A DNA stretch of 64,000 bases from the NCBI RefSeq assembly GCF_044324875.1, contig NZ_CP172186.1; one strand, 5' to 3'. Made by a program: the position numbers and the translations under genes. Under the pieces are notes generated by a model that did no database searches, was not told the origin of the DNA, and saw nothing but the letters and a program-made list of their open reading frames with translations. Positions 53,980 to 63,126 of this stretch are shown in pieces; positions within the stretch are counted from its first letter, which is position 1, and each line of letters opens with the position of its first letter. The DNA comes from Escherichia coli (lineage in GTDB: Bacteria; Pseudomonadota; Gammaproteobacteria; Enterobacterales; Enterobacteriaceae).

Positions 53980-54264
53980 ATGCAAATGAAAAACAATACC
54001 GCACAGGCAACAAAAGTCATTACCGCGCATGTGCCATTACCAATGGCTGATAAAGTCGACCAGATGGCCGCCAGACTGGAACGCTCCCGGGGCTGGGTTA
54101 TCAAACAGGCGCTTTCTGCATGGCTTGCCCAGGAGGAGGAGCGTAATCGCCTGACGCTGGAAGCCCTGGACGATGTGAAATCCGGACAGGTTATCGACCA
54201 TCAGGCTGTACAGGCCTGGGCGGACAGCCTCAGTACTGACAATCCGTTACCGGTGCCACGCTGA
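53980..54264 (+). CDS. ribbon-helix-helix antitoxin (ParD/CopG-like)
   Basis: 94 aa; stop overlaps start of ParE/RelE toxin gene. Confidence 0.65.
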   Translation: MQMKNNTAQATKVITAHVPLPMADKVDQMAARLERSRGWVIKQALSAWLAQEEERNRLTLEALDDVKSGQVIDHQAVQAWADSLSTDNPLPVPR

Positions 54265-54539
54265 TGGAACTGAAGTGGACCAGTAAGGCGCTTTCTGATT
54301 TGGCGCGGTTATATGATTTTCTGGTGCTGGCCAGTAAACCTGCGGCCACCAGAACGGTGCAGTCCCTGACACAGGCACCGGTCATTCTGTTAACTCATCC
54401 ACGTATGGGAGAACAGTTGTTTCAGTTTGAACCCAGGGAGGTCAGACGGATTTTTGCTGGCGAGTACGAAATCCGTTACGAACTTAATGGCCAGACTATT
54501 TATGTATTGCGCCTGTGGCACACACGAGAAAACAGGTAG
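54264..54539 (+). CDS. ParE/RelE-family toxin
   Basis: 91 aa, C-terminal IYVLRLWHTRE. Confidence 0.7.
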   Translation: MELKWTSKALSDLARLYDFLVLASKPAATRTVQSLTQAPVILLTHPRMGEQLFQFEPREVRRIFAGEYEIRYELNGQTIYVLRLWHTRENR

Positions 54540-54644
54540 ATTGTGTGTGGGGACAACTTAACATAGCCTGCAGATATTAATTCTGGAACATTATTATCAG
54601 GCCAGATATTTTTCATTCCATTAAATAATCTTGTAGGAGATAAA

Positions 54645-54884
54645 ATGAATTACGATGAAATAACGAAAATTACCGCTGAACGTATTAGCGACTACATGAC
54701 CGAAGCAGTTAATACAGACTCTATAGCCGTTGCGGAAATGTTTCATAACGCTGCATGGGGAGTGCGAACATTGTGGTTTGAACTCGTCACAAAAATAGAT
54801 ATGGATATACATAAAAAGAACAGGTATGCGAGTTATGATCTTAGAAGGAAAATCGAAATACAGCATGAAGAGTTTCACGTATAG
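54645..54884 (+). CDS. hypothetical small protein (AT-rich)
   Basis: 79-aa ORF only. Confidence 0.2.
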   Translation: MNYDEITKITAERISDYMTEAVNTDSIAVAEMFHNAAWGVRTLWFELVTKIDMDIHKKNRYASYDLRRKIEIQHEEFHV

Positions 54885-54899
54885 GAAATTGAAAAACTA

Positions 54900-56440
54900 A
54901 GCGATACCACTGTCCGCGTCTTATGCCTCGTGCGGTAAGCTGTTTTTCACATCACGCCGGTGTTTTTTCTCTCTGCGTGGTCGGTTTTTATACTGCGGAT
55001 GGGGTTTTTTATCCTTTCCCCGGATTGCTGACACACTTACCCTGTATCAGGCCGGCACATACCTCAGCAGACTGATATCCCGCGCGTTTTTCTTCAGCCC
55101 TGATACATTCAGCCCCGCAAGGGCCCGGCGGTATACCATCCGGCCGCCACACAGCACGCATTCGAACGGGTCACGACTCAGGAACTGTTTCACCATTTGT
55201 GCATAGCACACTTTCGCCACCGGTTCCGGTTTATCCATCCCCAGAGCTCGGTACACCTGCGGCAGCTTCTCTCCACACCCCCGGTTGGCAAGGAACCCGA
55301 AGTACCTCACCATCTTAAAAAACTTCTCCGGGATGTGCTGTTTCATCCTCGCGACCAGCTCACGCTGCGTCAGCGTTTCCGTCGCTGTCTCTCCCGTTTT
55401 GTGGTCCAGGTAACGGAAGCTCAGGCTCGCCCCTCCGTTGTAATGTGCCAGCCGGGAAGCCGCTATTGGTGGCTTCTTCAGATAACGACCCAGGTAGCGT
55501 GCCGTATTCCGCCCGCCGGCCGTCTTCTTCGACATGTACACATGCCAGTATTTTCCGCCGGCTTTCAGCACCAGGCTTCTCCACTGTGATTCCGTCGTGA
55601 TATGTGACAACGACTCCGGCATCGCCATCCCCTCTGACCACGCTTTCAGAAGCAACTGCCGTATATTCCACATCCACCGCGAACGCATTGCGTCTTTCAG
55701 GAAGCTCAGCTTTTTCCACTGACCGTGCTTATTCAGCCCCCCGCAGGTTACTGACACATGTACATGCGGATGCCAGTTGAGACGACGGCCATATGTGTGG
55801 ATGGCGCAGAAGATACCGGGTTCCAGCCCCCGTTTTCGGGCGGCATACAGCAGCCAACGGTTGCTTTCGAACACCGGCCACAGCGTGTCCGGCAGGGTGA
55901 AGACCAGGTGTACCCAGTCGCAGTCAGGAAGACGATTCAGCTGTGTCGCTGTCCACAGGTCTGTGGCCTTTTTTCCGCAGGACGGGCAGGCACGGCTGCC
56001 ACATGAGTTAGTGACGTATCTGACGTGGGGACAGTCAGGTTTATCGCAGTTGTATTCCTTCACGCCCAGTATCCGCGTGCCGCAGGCCAGCATTTTGGTG
56101 ACAGCCTCAACCTCGATATCGCGCAGACCGCCCGCATCCAGGAAGGACGTCCAGCACTGGTTGGCTGTGAACAGGCGTTTCAGCGGACGGGGCTGAAAAT
56201 CACCACCACTTCGGGTCATCCATCCTGCACGCTCCATCTGATAATGTTCTGACAGGTAAAAATAATATCCTGCATGATTTGTGTGCTCATGATTTCTGAT
56301 AATATCAGATATTGTTTTATCATCAATGATGAAAACCATATCTGATATGATTTTATATATATTTCTTAATTATCATATCATTTGCGTCTTTTCTGCCGCG
56401 CAGATCCGGTTTCCGGCTAAGTCGGATCGACCTAATCTTT
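54900..56440 (-). mobile_element. IS91-family (rolling-circle, HUH-Y2) element; boundaries approximate
   Basis: transposase gene plus structured end sharing sequence with orphan terminus at 30264-30480. Confidence 0.7.
55047..56237 (-). CDS. IS91-family transposase
   Basis: zinc-binding CxxC pairs (CPSCG, CVLCGG), HUH-type core HTYGRRLNWHPHVHV, 397 aa. Confidence 0.8.
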   Translation of the reverse strand: MERAGWMTRSGGDFQPRPLKRLFTANQCWTSFLDAGGLRDIEVEAVTKMLACGTRILGVKEYNCDKPDCPHVRYVTNSCGSRACPSCGKKATDLWTATQLNRLPDCDWVHLVFTLPDTLWPVFESNRWLLYAARKRGLEPGIFCAIHTYGRRLNWHPHVHVSVTCGGLNKHGQWKKLSFLKDAMRSRWMWNIRQLLLKAWSEGMAMPESLSHITTESQWRSLVLKAGGKYWHVYMSKKTAGGRNTARYLGRYLKKPPIAASRLAHYNGGASLSFRYLDHKTGETATETLTQRELVARMKQHIPEKFFKMVRYFGFLANRGCGEKLPQVYRALGMDKPEPVAKVCYAQMVKQFLSRDPFECVLCGGRMVYRRALAGLNVSGLKKNARDISLLRYVPA

Positions 56441-56576
56441 GTTTCTGATATGAACACCTCGGAGAGGTGTAAGCAATGGTATAAACGAAATGTATTATGT
56501 ATCTGCATCACAGCATGCGGGCACATTTTGCGGAAGGATATGAATCCCCCCGGAATAACTGGCAAAGGACAGATAA

Positions 56577-58715
56577 ATGGACATTGAAATACGCCACTGC
56601 AATAACATCGTACGAGCACATATCACCCTCACTGCCGATAAACTGAACATTAAGTTTGCGCCAAATGGTACTGGAAAAAGTACGCTGTCACGGGCCATAA
56701 GCTGTGCGGCGCGGGACGACATTCAGGGACTACAGGCACTGATGCCCTTCCGGCTGCGCGGAGAAAACCCCGATAGCACCGGGCCCATTGTCATCGGTGC
56801 TGACGGGATTGGGGACGTGATGTGCTTCAACGAGGAGTACGTCAGTCAGTTTACGTTCCAACCGGACGAGCTCATCAGTGATAGCTTTAATATTCTTATC
56901 CGCAATCAAGCCCATGCGGAAAGAGAGCGTGAAATAGAAGAAATGACGCAAAAGATCCGGGCTGTTTTCACGGATCACACTGAGCTGAACTCTCTGATAG
57001 ACCATCTACAGGAACTCAGTAATGCTTTCAGATCAACCAGTTCCGGGATTTCACGTTCTTCAACCGGCATGAGAGGTCTGTCAGGCGGAAATAAAATACA
57101 CCACATTCCGGCTGGTCTTGAGAACTATCAACCCTACATCCGCAGTGAACGCCGCGTGGAATGGATTGACTGGCAGACAAAGGGACTCGAGTTTTCGCCC
57201 CTTTCGGATGGCTGCTGTCCGTTCTGTACCGGTGATATCACGGGAAAGGAAGCACAAATTCGCCAAGTCAGAGAGGAATACGATAAATCCACCATTAAAA
57301 ACCTGACCGCTATCATCAGACTGGTGGAAAACCTCGGTAATTACCTGACGGAGAGCGCCAGAGAACGCCTTCTGGCCATTACTATGCTTCAGAACGGTCC
57401 GGAAGCCGAACATATCGAGTACCTAGTGGCGTTGAAACGCCAGACCGATACGCTGACAGAGAAACTCACTGCGCTGAGAGGCCTGAATGTTTTCAGCCTG
57501 CAGGAACAGCAGAACGTTCGGGAGGTGCTCACTGCCAGGTTGATTGACCTGCAGTTCTTCCCTGATCTGCAATCCGAACTCATGCAGGGGATCACCGACA
57601 GACTGAACGCGGCCCTTATGGACCTGATAAACCTTGCCGGACCGCTGCAGGGAAAAATTAACCGGCACCGGGACAGCATGATCCGGCTGATCGCACAGCA
57701 CAAAACAAACATCAATAATTTCCTCACTTATGCAGGCTATAAATACAGGGTGGATATAGCCGGCGAGGGAGAGCAGAGAAAACTCAGGCTACGACACATA
57801 GATTTTGACGGGTACGTCAGCGGCGGTAGCCAGCATCTCAGCTATGGAGAACGGAACGCCTTTGCGATTGTGTTATTCATGTATGAATGCCTGTCAAAAA
57901 ACCCGGGACTGATTATCCTTGATGATCCCATATCTTCTTTTGATAAAAACAAGAAGTTTGCCATTCTTGAAATGCTGTTCAGACGTGCAAGTGGTGAATG
58001 CCTGAAGAACCGGACTGTACTTATGCTGACGCATGACGTGGAGCCTGTGATTGACACGCTGAAGTCAGTCAGAAGGTTGTTCAGTAATCAGGTGACCGCC
58101 TCCTGCCTGCGCCTGTCTGCTGGAGTCATAGAAGAATTACCTGTTAACGACGGCGATATCATGACATTCATGCAGATCTGCAAATCCATCACCGCGTCAG
58201 CAGACTGTGAGGAGATCATTAAGCTCATCTATCTTCGTCGCTACTTTGAAATCGTTGACGAACGTGGTGATGCTTATCAGCTTCTATCCAATCTATTCCA
58301 TCGACGCGTCGTCCCGCTGGATTATCGCGAGCCTGCCGCTGCGGGCTCGGGCTATCCCAAAATGGCTCCTGAGAAAATTCAGCAGGCCTTGCGGGATATC
58401 CGGGAGTATGTGGACAGTTTTGATTACCCGCGACTTCAGGCTCTCGTCAGCAGCCCAGATGAAATAAAAAACCTGTACCGTCGCTGTCGTAACGGCTATG
58501 AAAAACTGCAGGTATTCCGTTTACTGGAACTGGATCAGGACCATCCGGTAATACGAAAATTCGTTAACGAAACGTACCACATTGAAAATGAGTTCATCTG
58601 TCAACTAGATCCGTCCAGATTCGATCTCATCCCGGAGTACGTGATTATGGAATGTGACAAGCTCATCGCCCTGCCACCGGCAGCAAACCAGAGCTCGGTT
58701 GCCCGTATCGCTTGA
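56577..58715 (+). CDS. Rad50/SbcC/SMC-like ABC ATPase with CxxC zinc hook and about 230-aa C-terminal domain of unknown function; candidate anti-phage / abortive-infection protein (RloC-like architecture)
   Basis: Walker A FAPNGTGKST (res 27-36), CCPFC (res 213-217) in long helical insert, signature-like LSYGERNAF, Walker B LIILDDP (about res 445), H-loop MLTHD; RBS AAGGA. Confidence 0.75.
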   Translation: MDIEIRHCNNIVRAHITLTADKLNIKFAPNGTGKSTLSRAISCAARDDIQGLQALMPFRLRGENPDSTGPIVIGADGIGDVMCFNEEYVSQFTFQPDELISDSFNILIRNQAHAEREREIEEMTQKIRAVFTDHTELNSLIDHLQELSNAFRSTSSGISRSSTGMRGLSGGNKIHHIPAGLENYQPYIRSERRVEWIDWQTKGLEFSPLSDGCCPFCTGDITGKEAQIRQVREEYDKSTIKNLTAIIRLVENLGNYLTESARERLLAITMLQNGPEAEHIEYLVALKRQTDTLTEKLTALRGLNVFSLQEQQNVREVLTARLIDLQFFPDLQSELMQGITDRLNAALMDLINLAGPLQGKINRHRDSMIRLIAQHKTNINNFLTYAGYKYRVDIAGEGEQRKLRLRHIDFDGYVSGGSQHLSYGERNAFAIVLFMYECLSKNPGLIILDDPISSFDKNKKFAILEMLFRRASGECLKNRTVLMLTHDVEPVIDTLKSVRRLFSNQVTASCLRLSAGVIEELPVNDGDIMTFMQICKSITASADCEEIIKLIYLRRYFEIVDERGDAYQLLSNLFHRRVVPLDYREPAAAGSGYPKMAPEKIQQALRDIREYVDSFDYPRLQALVSSPDEIKNLYRRCRNGYEKLQVFRLLELDQDHPVIRKFVNETYHIENEFICQLDPSRFDLIPEYVIMECDKLIALPPAANQSSVARIA

Positions 58716-58815
58716 GCCACTGTTTTTGCCGCCGGAAGATAGGCTTTAGCTCCCTGATAGTCTGATCTTCGAAGATACCCTACAGTTTAGGACCGCTTAC
58801 TGTAGATATCTGTTA

Positions 58816-58843
58816 AAACAGCCCGTATACGGGCTGTTTCTTG
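58816..58843. terminator. bidirectional rho-independent terminator between ATPase gene and vapC copy 2
   Basis: AAACAGCCCGTATACGGGCTGTTTCTT: GC-rich stem with T-run on both strands. Confidence 0.5.
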
Positions 58844-58876
58844 GTGCCCTTATCTCCTGACTTTGAAAAGAGTGTC

Positions 58877-59293
58877 TTACTTCACCCAGTCTTCCAGCAC
58901 CAGGTCAGGCACTCGCTCAAATTCTCTTGTATTATTCGTTACCAGTATCGCCCCGGCGGCGATGGCGTGCCCGGCAATCGCCGTGTCGTTCGGGCCGATC
59001 GGCGTCCCGGCCAGCCGCAGTGCCACTTTAATCTTCGTGGTGGCGTCTACTGCGGCGCGATCCCAGGGCAGGATGGCATCGAGGCGGGCGCAGAATTCAT
59101 CGACCAGTTGGACGTGACGTGGTGAGGCCTTTGGGCCGGTAGCCCCGAAGCGCATTTCAGAGTAGGTGATGGCCGAGACCACTATACGGTGGCCGCGTAG
59201 CACCGCCTGCTCCAGACGCTTCAGGACGGCTTCTGGCTGTTCACGCATGATGAACGAGCAGATACAGGTATCAAGCATATAAGTCTTGTTCAC
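58877..59293 (-). CDS. vapC: PIN-domain toxin VapC, copy 2 (about 92% identical to copy 1)
   Basis: 138 aa; motif LDTCICSF (Asn to Cys next to catalytic Asp). Confidence 0.85.
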   Translation of the reverse strand: MNKTYMLDTCICSFIMREQPEAVLKRLEQAVLRGHRIVVSAITYSEMRFGATGPKASPRHVQLVDEFCARLDAILPWDRAAVDATTKIKVALRLAGTPIGPNDTAIAGHAIAAGAILVTNNTREFERVPDLVLEDWVK

Positions 59294-59520
59294 AGGTTAA
59301 ATCGCCCTTCGTCGCTGACAACATCCTCGCGCTCCGCCATAAAATCTGGATCGGCTTTTTCGTACTCTAGGAATGATCCCCAGGTTGGCCGGACGGGGCG
59401 CAGGATGATGCTGTCCCCTTCCCGGACGATCTCGAGCTCGCTCACCCCCTCAAAATCCAGATCACGAGGCAGACGGATGGCGCGGTTGTTGCCATTTTTA
59501 AATATCGATACGGTTCTCAT
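59290..59520 (-). CDS. vapB: antitoxin VapB, copy 2
   Basis: 76 aa. Confidence 0.85.
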   Translation of the reverse strand: MRTVSIFKNGNNRAIRLPRDLDFEGVSELEIVREGDSIILRPVRPTWGSFLEYEKADPDFMAEREDVVSDEGRFNL

Positions 59521-59529
59521 GTTCTTTCT

Positions 59530-59660
59530 CTCCCGAGCATATGGATATGTGAAACATATCCGGAATATTCAAAGCACCGGGTGTGTGCATATGTTTAGTA
59601 TAGGCAGATGTGTGGCATATGTATAGCGGTAGCATATGTAGATGCCAGGCATATGTTTAG
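59530..59660. promoter_or_regulatory. vapBC copy-2 promoter with reiterated CATATG motifs
   Basis: CATATGGATATG, GCATATGTTTAG, GCATATGTATAG, GCATATGTAGATG etc. Confidence 0.35.
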
Positions 59661-60079
59661 CATATCCCTATTTCTTTCTTTTTTATCGGAGATCCGAAAA
59701 AAGGTTGTTCAGGATCTTCCTCTCCCCCCACACAACGCCACCTCCTGTAAGCACAACATGTGGTGCCGGATTCAGCTGCTGATGACACTATATGTTGTGT
59801 CATCTCCCTGACCTGTGATGCGTCGCGCAGGGGCGGAAAACAGCGATATGATGATTTCCTCAGCGTGGTACACTTCCGGAAAGTTGTGATATTCCGGAAA
59901 GTCGGATCTGACGGAAACGGCTCTCCGGTAATTTAACGGCGTGGTTATATGGATGCTTGTTATCATGGTGATGATGATAACGGCATGATGTTATCAGACG
60001 GCGTGACGGTAAGGGCAGTGATGATGGATGACGTTATCGCATGACCGTCCCTGCCCGGAAAAGAAAAAAGGAGTCACCC

Positions 60080-60493
60080 ATGTTTTTTATTAAGAATGAA
60101 GGTCAGGCTGTCGCCAGAACGGATTACTGGCAGTCTGTACAGGCGCAGGCCGGATATGTCTACCTCAGCTGGAATGCCGGCGCAGCCAGGCTGCTTGTCC
60201 CGGATGCGGCAAAACATTTACTCAGGGAGATGCGGGGGGCTGAGTACGTCATCATCAGTAAGGGAACGCTGCATGGCCGCGATGCGCTGGAACTGATATT
60301 TGAAGACGGCAGCGATGCGCCGTTCGTGATCCACATGCTGAGCGAGCAGTGCGATCGCCTGCTCCCCGAAAACAACCAGGGCGGGGGTTTTGTTGTCACC
60401 GTCTGGACGCGTGGCGGTAACCAGCTCCGTTATCCGGGAAAGTACCGTGTTGTGGAAAACCTGCCCGACGTTTCCCCGTGGAGTGAACACTGA
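60080..60493 (+). CDS. hypothetical protein translationally coupled to resD
   Basis: RBS AAGGAG; stop overlaps resD start (TGATATG). Confidence 0.5.
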   Translation: MFFIKNEGQAVARTDYWQSVQAQAGYVYLSWNAGAARLLVPDAAKHLLREMRGAEYVIISKGTLHGRDALELIFEDGSDAPFVIHMLSEQCDRLLPENNQGGGFVVTVWTRGGNQLRYPGKYRVVENLPDVSPWSEH

Positions 60494-60494
60494 T

Positions 60495-61280
60495 ATGCAG
60501 CACCTGCCGGCACCGATCCACCATGCCCGGGATGTCGCTCAGCTTCCTGTTGCCATCGATTATCCGGCAGCGCTGGCACTCCGCCAGATGTCGATGGTTC
60601 ATGATGAACTGCCAAAATACCTGCTGGCCCCTGAAGTGAGCGCCCTGCTCCATTACGTCCCGGATCTGCGCCGCAAGATGCTGCTGGCCACACTGTGGAA
60701 CACCGGTGCGCGCATTAATGAAGCACTGGCGCTGACGCGGGGGGATTTTTCGCTTGCGCCCCCGTATCCGTTTGTGCAGCTGGCCACTCTGAAGCAGCGG
60801 ACAGAAAAAGCCGCCAGGACGGCAGGAAGAATGCCCGCCGGTCAGCAGACTCACCGGCTGGTTCCGCTTTCCGACACCTGGTACCTCAGCCAGCTGCAGA
60901 CGATGGTGGCCACACTGAAAATCCCCATGGAACGGCGTAATAAACGAACAGGCAGGACAGAGAAAGCGCGGATCTGGGAAGTGACGGACAGAACGGTCAG
61001 GACCTGGATTGGGGAGGCGGTTGCCGCCGCTGCCGCTGATGGTGTGACGTTCTCTGTCCCGGTCACGCCACATACGTTCCGCCATTCCTATGCGATGCAC
61101 ATGCTGTATGCCGGTATACCGCTGAAGGTCCTGCAGAGCCTGATGGGGCATAAGTCCATCAGCTCAACGGAGGTCTACACGAAGGTGTTTGCACTGGATG
61201 TCGCGGCGCGCCATCGTGTGCAGTTCGCTATGCCGGAAGCCGATGCGGTAGCGCTGATAAAACAACTTGAGAGGCGTTAA
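60495..61280 (+). CDS. resD: tyrosine site-specific recombinase (F-plasmid ResD-like multimer resolvase)
   Basis: C-terminal HTFRHSYAMHMLYAGIPLKVLQSLMGHKSISSTEVYTKV with catalytic R, H-x-x-R and Tyr. Confidence 0.8.
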   Translation: MQHLPAPIHHARDVAQLPVAIDYPAALALRQMSMVHDELPKYLLAPEVSALLHYVPDLRRKMLLATLWNTGARINEALALTRGDFSLAPPYPFVQLATLKQRTEKAARTAGRMPAGQQTHRLVPLSDTWYLSQLQTMVATLKIPMERRNKRTGRTEKARIWEVTDRTVRTWIGEAVAAAAADGVTFSVPVTPHTFRHSYAMHMLYAGIPLKVLQSLMGHKSISSTEVYTKVFALDVAARHRVQFAMPEADAVALIKQLERR

Positions 61281-61539
61281 AAAGCCGTATTCGCGGTTCA
61301 GTCAAGGGGGAGCTGGTGCATCCATCTGTGGAAGATAGAGCACCAAACTCATAGAGGCCACGTTCTCAGGCCAGAACAGTCTTATATCTCTGGCGCTGAC
61401 AACCCATAGTACTTGCCTGGATGGGAAACTCTTCTTGTGCTGAGCGTAAGAGCCATCTGCCGGAACGCTTCCTCGCCAGTTCGCTCGCTACGCACAGTTA
61501 CATGGCTGCGGCGAGGGCTGCCTGATTCTAATAATGATA

Positions 61540-61875
61540 TTTCAGCATGATAGCAGCAATAAAATAGATTGCAGCTATCATGCTGTACACATACGGCCTA
61601 GCGCTCTGCTTATGTTATGCTATCTGCAATCTTGCGGCAATCTTGCTTCATCTGTCGATGCGATTCTGAATGAGGTTTCTTTTATTGTTAACGTGACACA
61701 AGTATTCGGCTGTCAATTCCAGCACTCTGCTAAGTAGCAAGATTTAATCTTGCTACTAGATTTTTTATTGTTGCAATCTTGCTGCAAGCTGTTATCTTGT
61801 TCTGGAAGAGTTACTCTACCTAACCTCAATCTGGTTTATATTGATGTTTGCTGCAAGATAGCAGCAAGTAAAGGG
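61540..61875. repeat. iteron array (centromere-like site) upstream of parA: reiterated GCAATCTTGC / TTGCTGCAAGAT motifs
   Basis: at least 7 copies in both orientations. Confidence 0.6.
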
Positions 61876-61881
61876 GGCTAA

Positions 61882-62514
61882 ATGGCCTGGATAGTTGGTT
61901 TTATTTCTCAGAAAGGTGGTGTGGGCAAAAGCACTAAAGCGAGAGCGTTAGCGCGTGAAGCATCCGCCTGTGGTATCAAAACAAAATTAGCTGATCTCGA
62001 CTTGGAACAGGCAACGAGTGCTGAGTGGCATCGTAGACGTCTGTCAGCTGGTTTGTCACCGGTTGCTTCAGTTGAAGTGTTTTCAACAGCAAAGCAGGCG
62101 ATAGAATCTGCCGGCGATTTTGACCTTCTGATTCTTGATGGCCCTGCTCGTGCAAGTAAAGGTACTTCAGAAATTGCTAAGGTCGCCGACCTTATCGTCC
62201 AGCCAACGGGGGCCTCCCTTGACGATCTTGTCCCGGCAATTAAAGTTTTCAACGCGTTGGTAAAAGAAGGTATACCACGTTCAAAACTGGTCTTCGCTTT
62301 AAGCCGGGTAGGTACCGAAGCGGAAGAGCTGGATGCTCGTGCATATATCAGTGAAGCAGGTTATGAAACTTTATCTGGATGCCTTTTTGAGAAGCCAGCA
62401 TACAGAAAAGCGATGAATTCAGGACTCGCTGTGACAGAAACACGTTATAAAGGTTTAAACGAGAGAGCTGATGAACTTATCCAGGCACTCATCGATAAGA
62501 TTGGAGAAGAGTAA
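61882..62514 (+). CDS. parA: small ParA-type partition ATPase (type Ib, ParF-like)
   Basis: deviant Walker A KGGVGKST, 210 aa. Confidence 0.8.
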   Translation: MAWIVGFISQKGGVGKSTKARALAREASACGIKTKLADLDLEQATSAEWHRRRLSAGLSPVASVEVFSTAKQAIESAGDFDLLILDGPARASKGTSEIAKVADLIVQPTGASLDDLVPAIKVFNALVKEGIPRSKLVFALSRVGTEAEELDARAYISEAGYETLSGCLFEKPAYRKAMNSGLAVTETRYKGLNERADELIQALIDKIGEE

Positions 62515-62888
62515 TGGCTGATGCGTCAAAACTTAGAACTAAAAGAACCCGTAGTGGGTTGGGGGTACCCCCGGGCCCCGACGAAGTGGCTACCAGCTTG
62601 AATGCGCCTGAGATAGCTCCGGCTGTCGCTGCCACTGATGTTCAGAGACAACAGGCAGACTCATCGCCAGTGCACCATGAGCCTGTGGTTACGCAAACTG
62701 TGACCGAGGTATATACCCGCCGCGATGGCCGTTCTGCCAGAAAAACAAACAGGACGCTGGCATTTGCAACACGTGTCACACCTGCTTTCGACCAAGAGAT
62801 CCGGGATATCGCAGAGCGTGAGGGGTTGAAACTGGTGGAAGTTCTGGAAAAAGCAGTTGAGGCATATAAGGAAAAACAGGGCTATTAA
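62514..62888 (+). CDS. ParG/ParB-like centromere-binding protein (C-terminal ribbon-helix-helix)
   Basis: 124 aa, disordered N-terminus, C-terminal RHH-like segment; coupled to parA. Confidence 0.6.
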   Translation: MADASKLRTKRTRSGLGVPPGPDEVATSLNAPEIAPAVAATDVQRQQADSSPVHHEPVVTQTVTEVYTRRDGRSARKTNRTLAFATRVTPAFDQEIRDIAEREGLKLVEVLEKAVEAYKEKQGY

Positions 62889-62889
62889 T

Positions 62890-62960
62890 CCGGGATGCAG
62901 CAATCTTGCTGCATTCTTTTTTTGTGTGCAATCTTGCAGCAAGATTTATGCTAGATAAAT
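62890..62960. repeat. second array of the GCAATCTTGC motif downstream of the ParG-like gene
   Basis: GCAGCAATCTTGCTGCA, GTGCAATCTTGCAGCAAGAT, GATTGCTGCAAGAT. Confidence 0.6.
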
Positions 62961-62984
62961 GCTAGATTGCTGCAAGATAAATGA

Positions 62985-63120
62985 TATAATGCTCAAATTG
63001 AGTAGTTAACTGCCCCAGGTAAGTACGCAGCTTGAGTACTTACCTGTGGTTTATGAACGTATTTACTTAATGTGAGTAGTTATTGGGTGAAGATTAATAC
63101 TCAAATTGAGTATAAATGGA
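62985..63120. repeat. parC-like repeats upstream of parM (CTCAAATTGAGTA family)
   Basis: ATGCTCAAATTGAGTAG, CTTGAGTACTTACC, ATGTGAGTAGTT, ATACTCAAATTGAGTAT. Confidence 0.5.
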
Positions 63121-63126
63121 GATGGT

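Noticed and set aside
54600..54900. hok/sok- or srnB-type type I toxin locus in AT-rich stretch after the ParE TA
   Set aside because: No short hydrophobic Hok-like peptide found in any frame; cannot support from sequence.
61540..63120. Repeat arrays considered as CRISPR
   Set aside because: Repeats are short (10-12 bp), in mixed orientation, without uniform spacers; they flank partition genes and fit centromere iterons.
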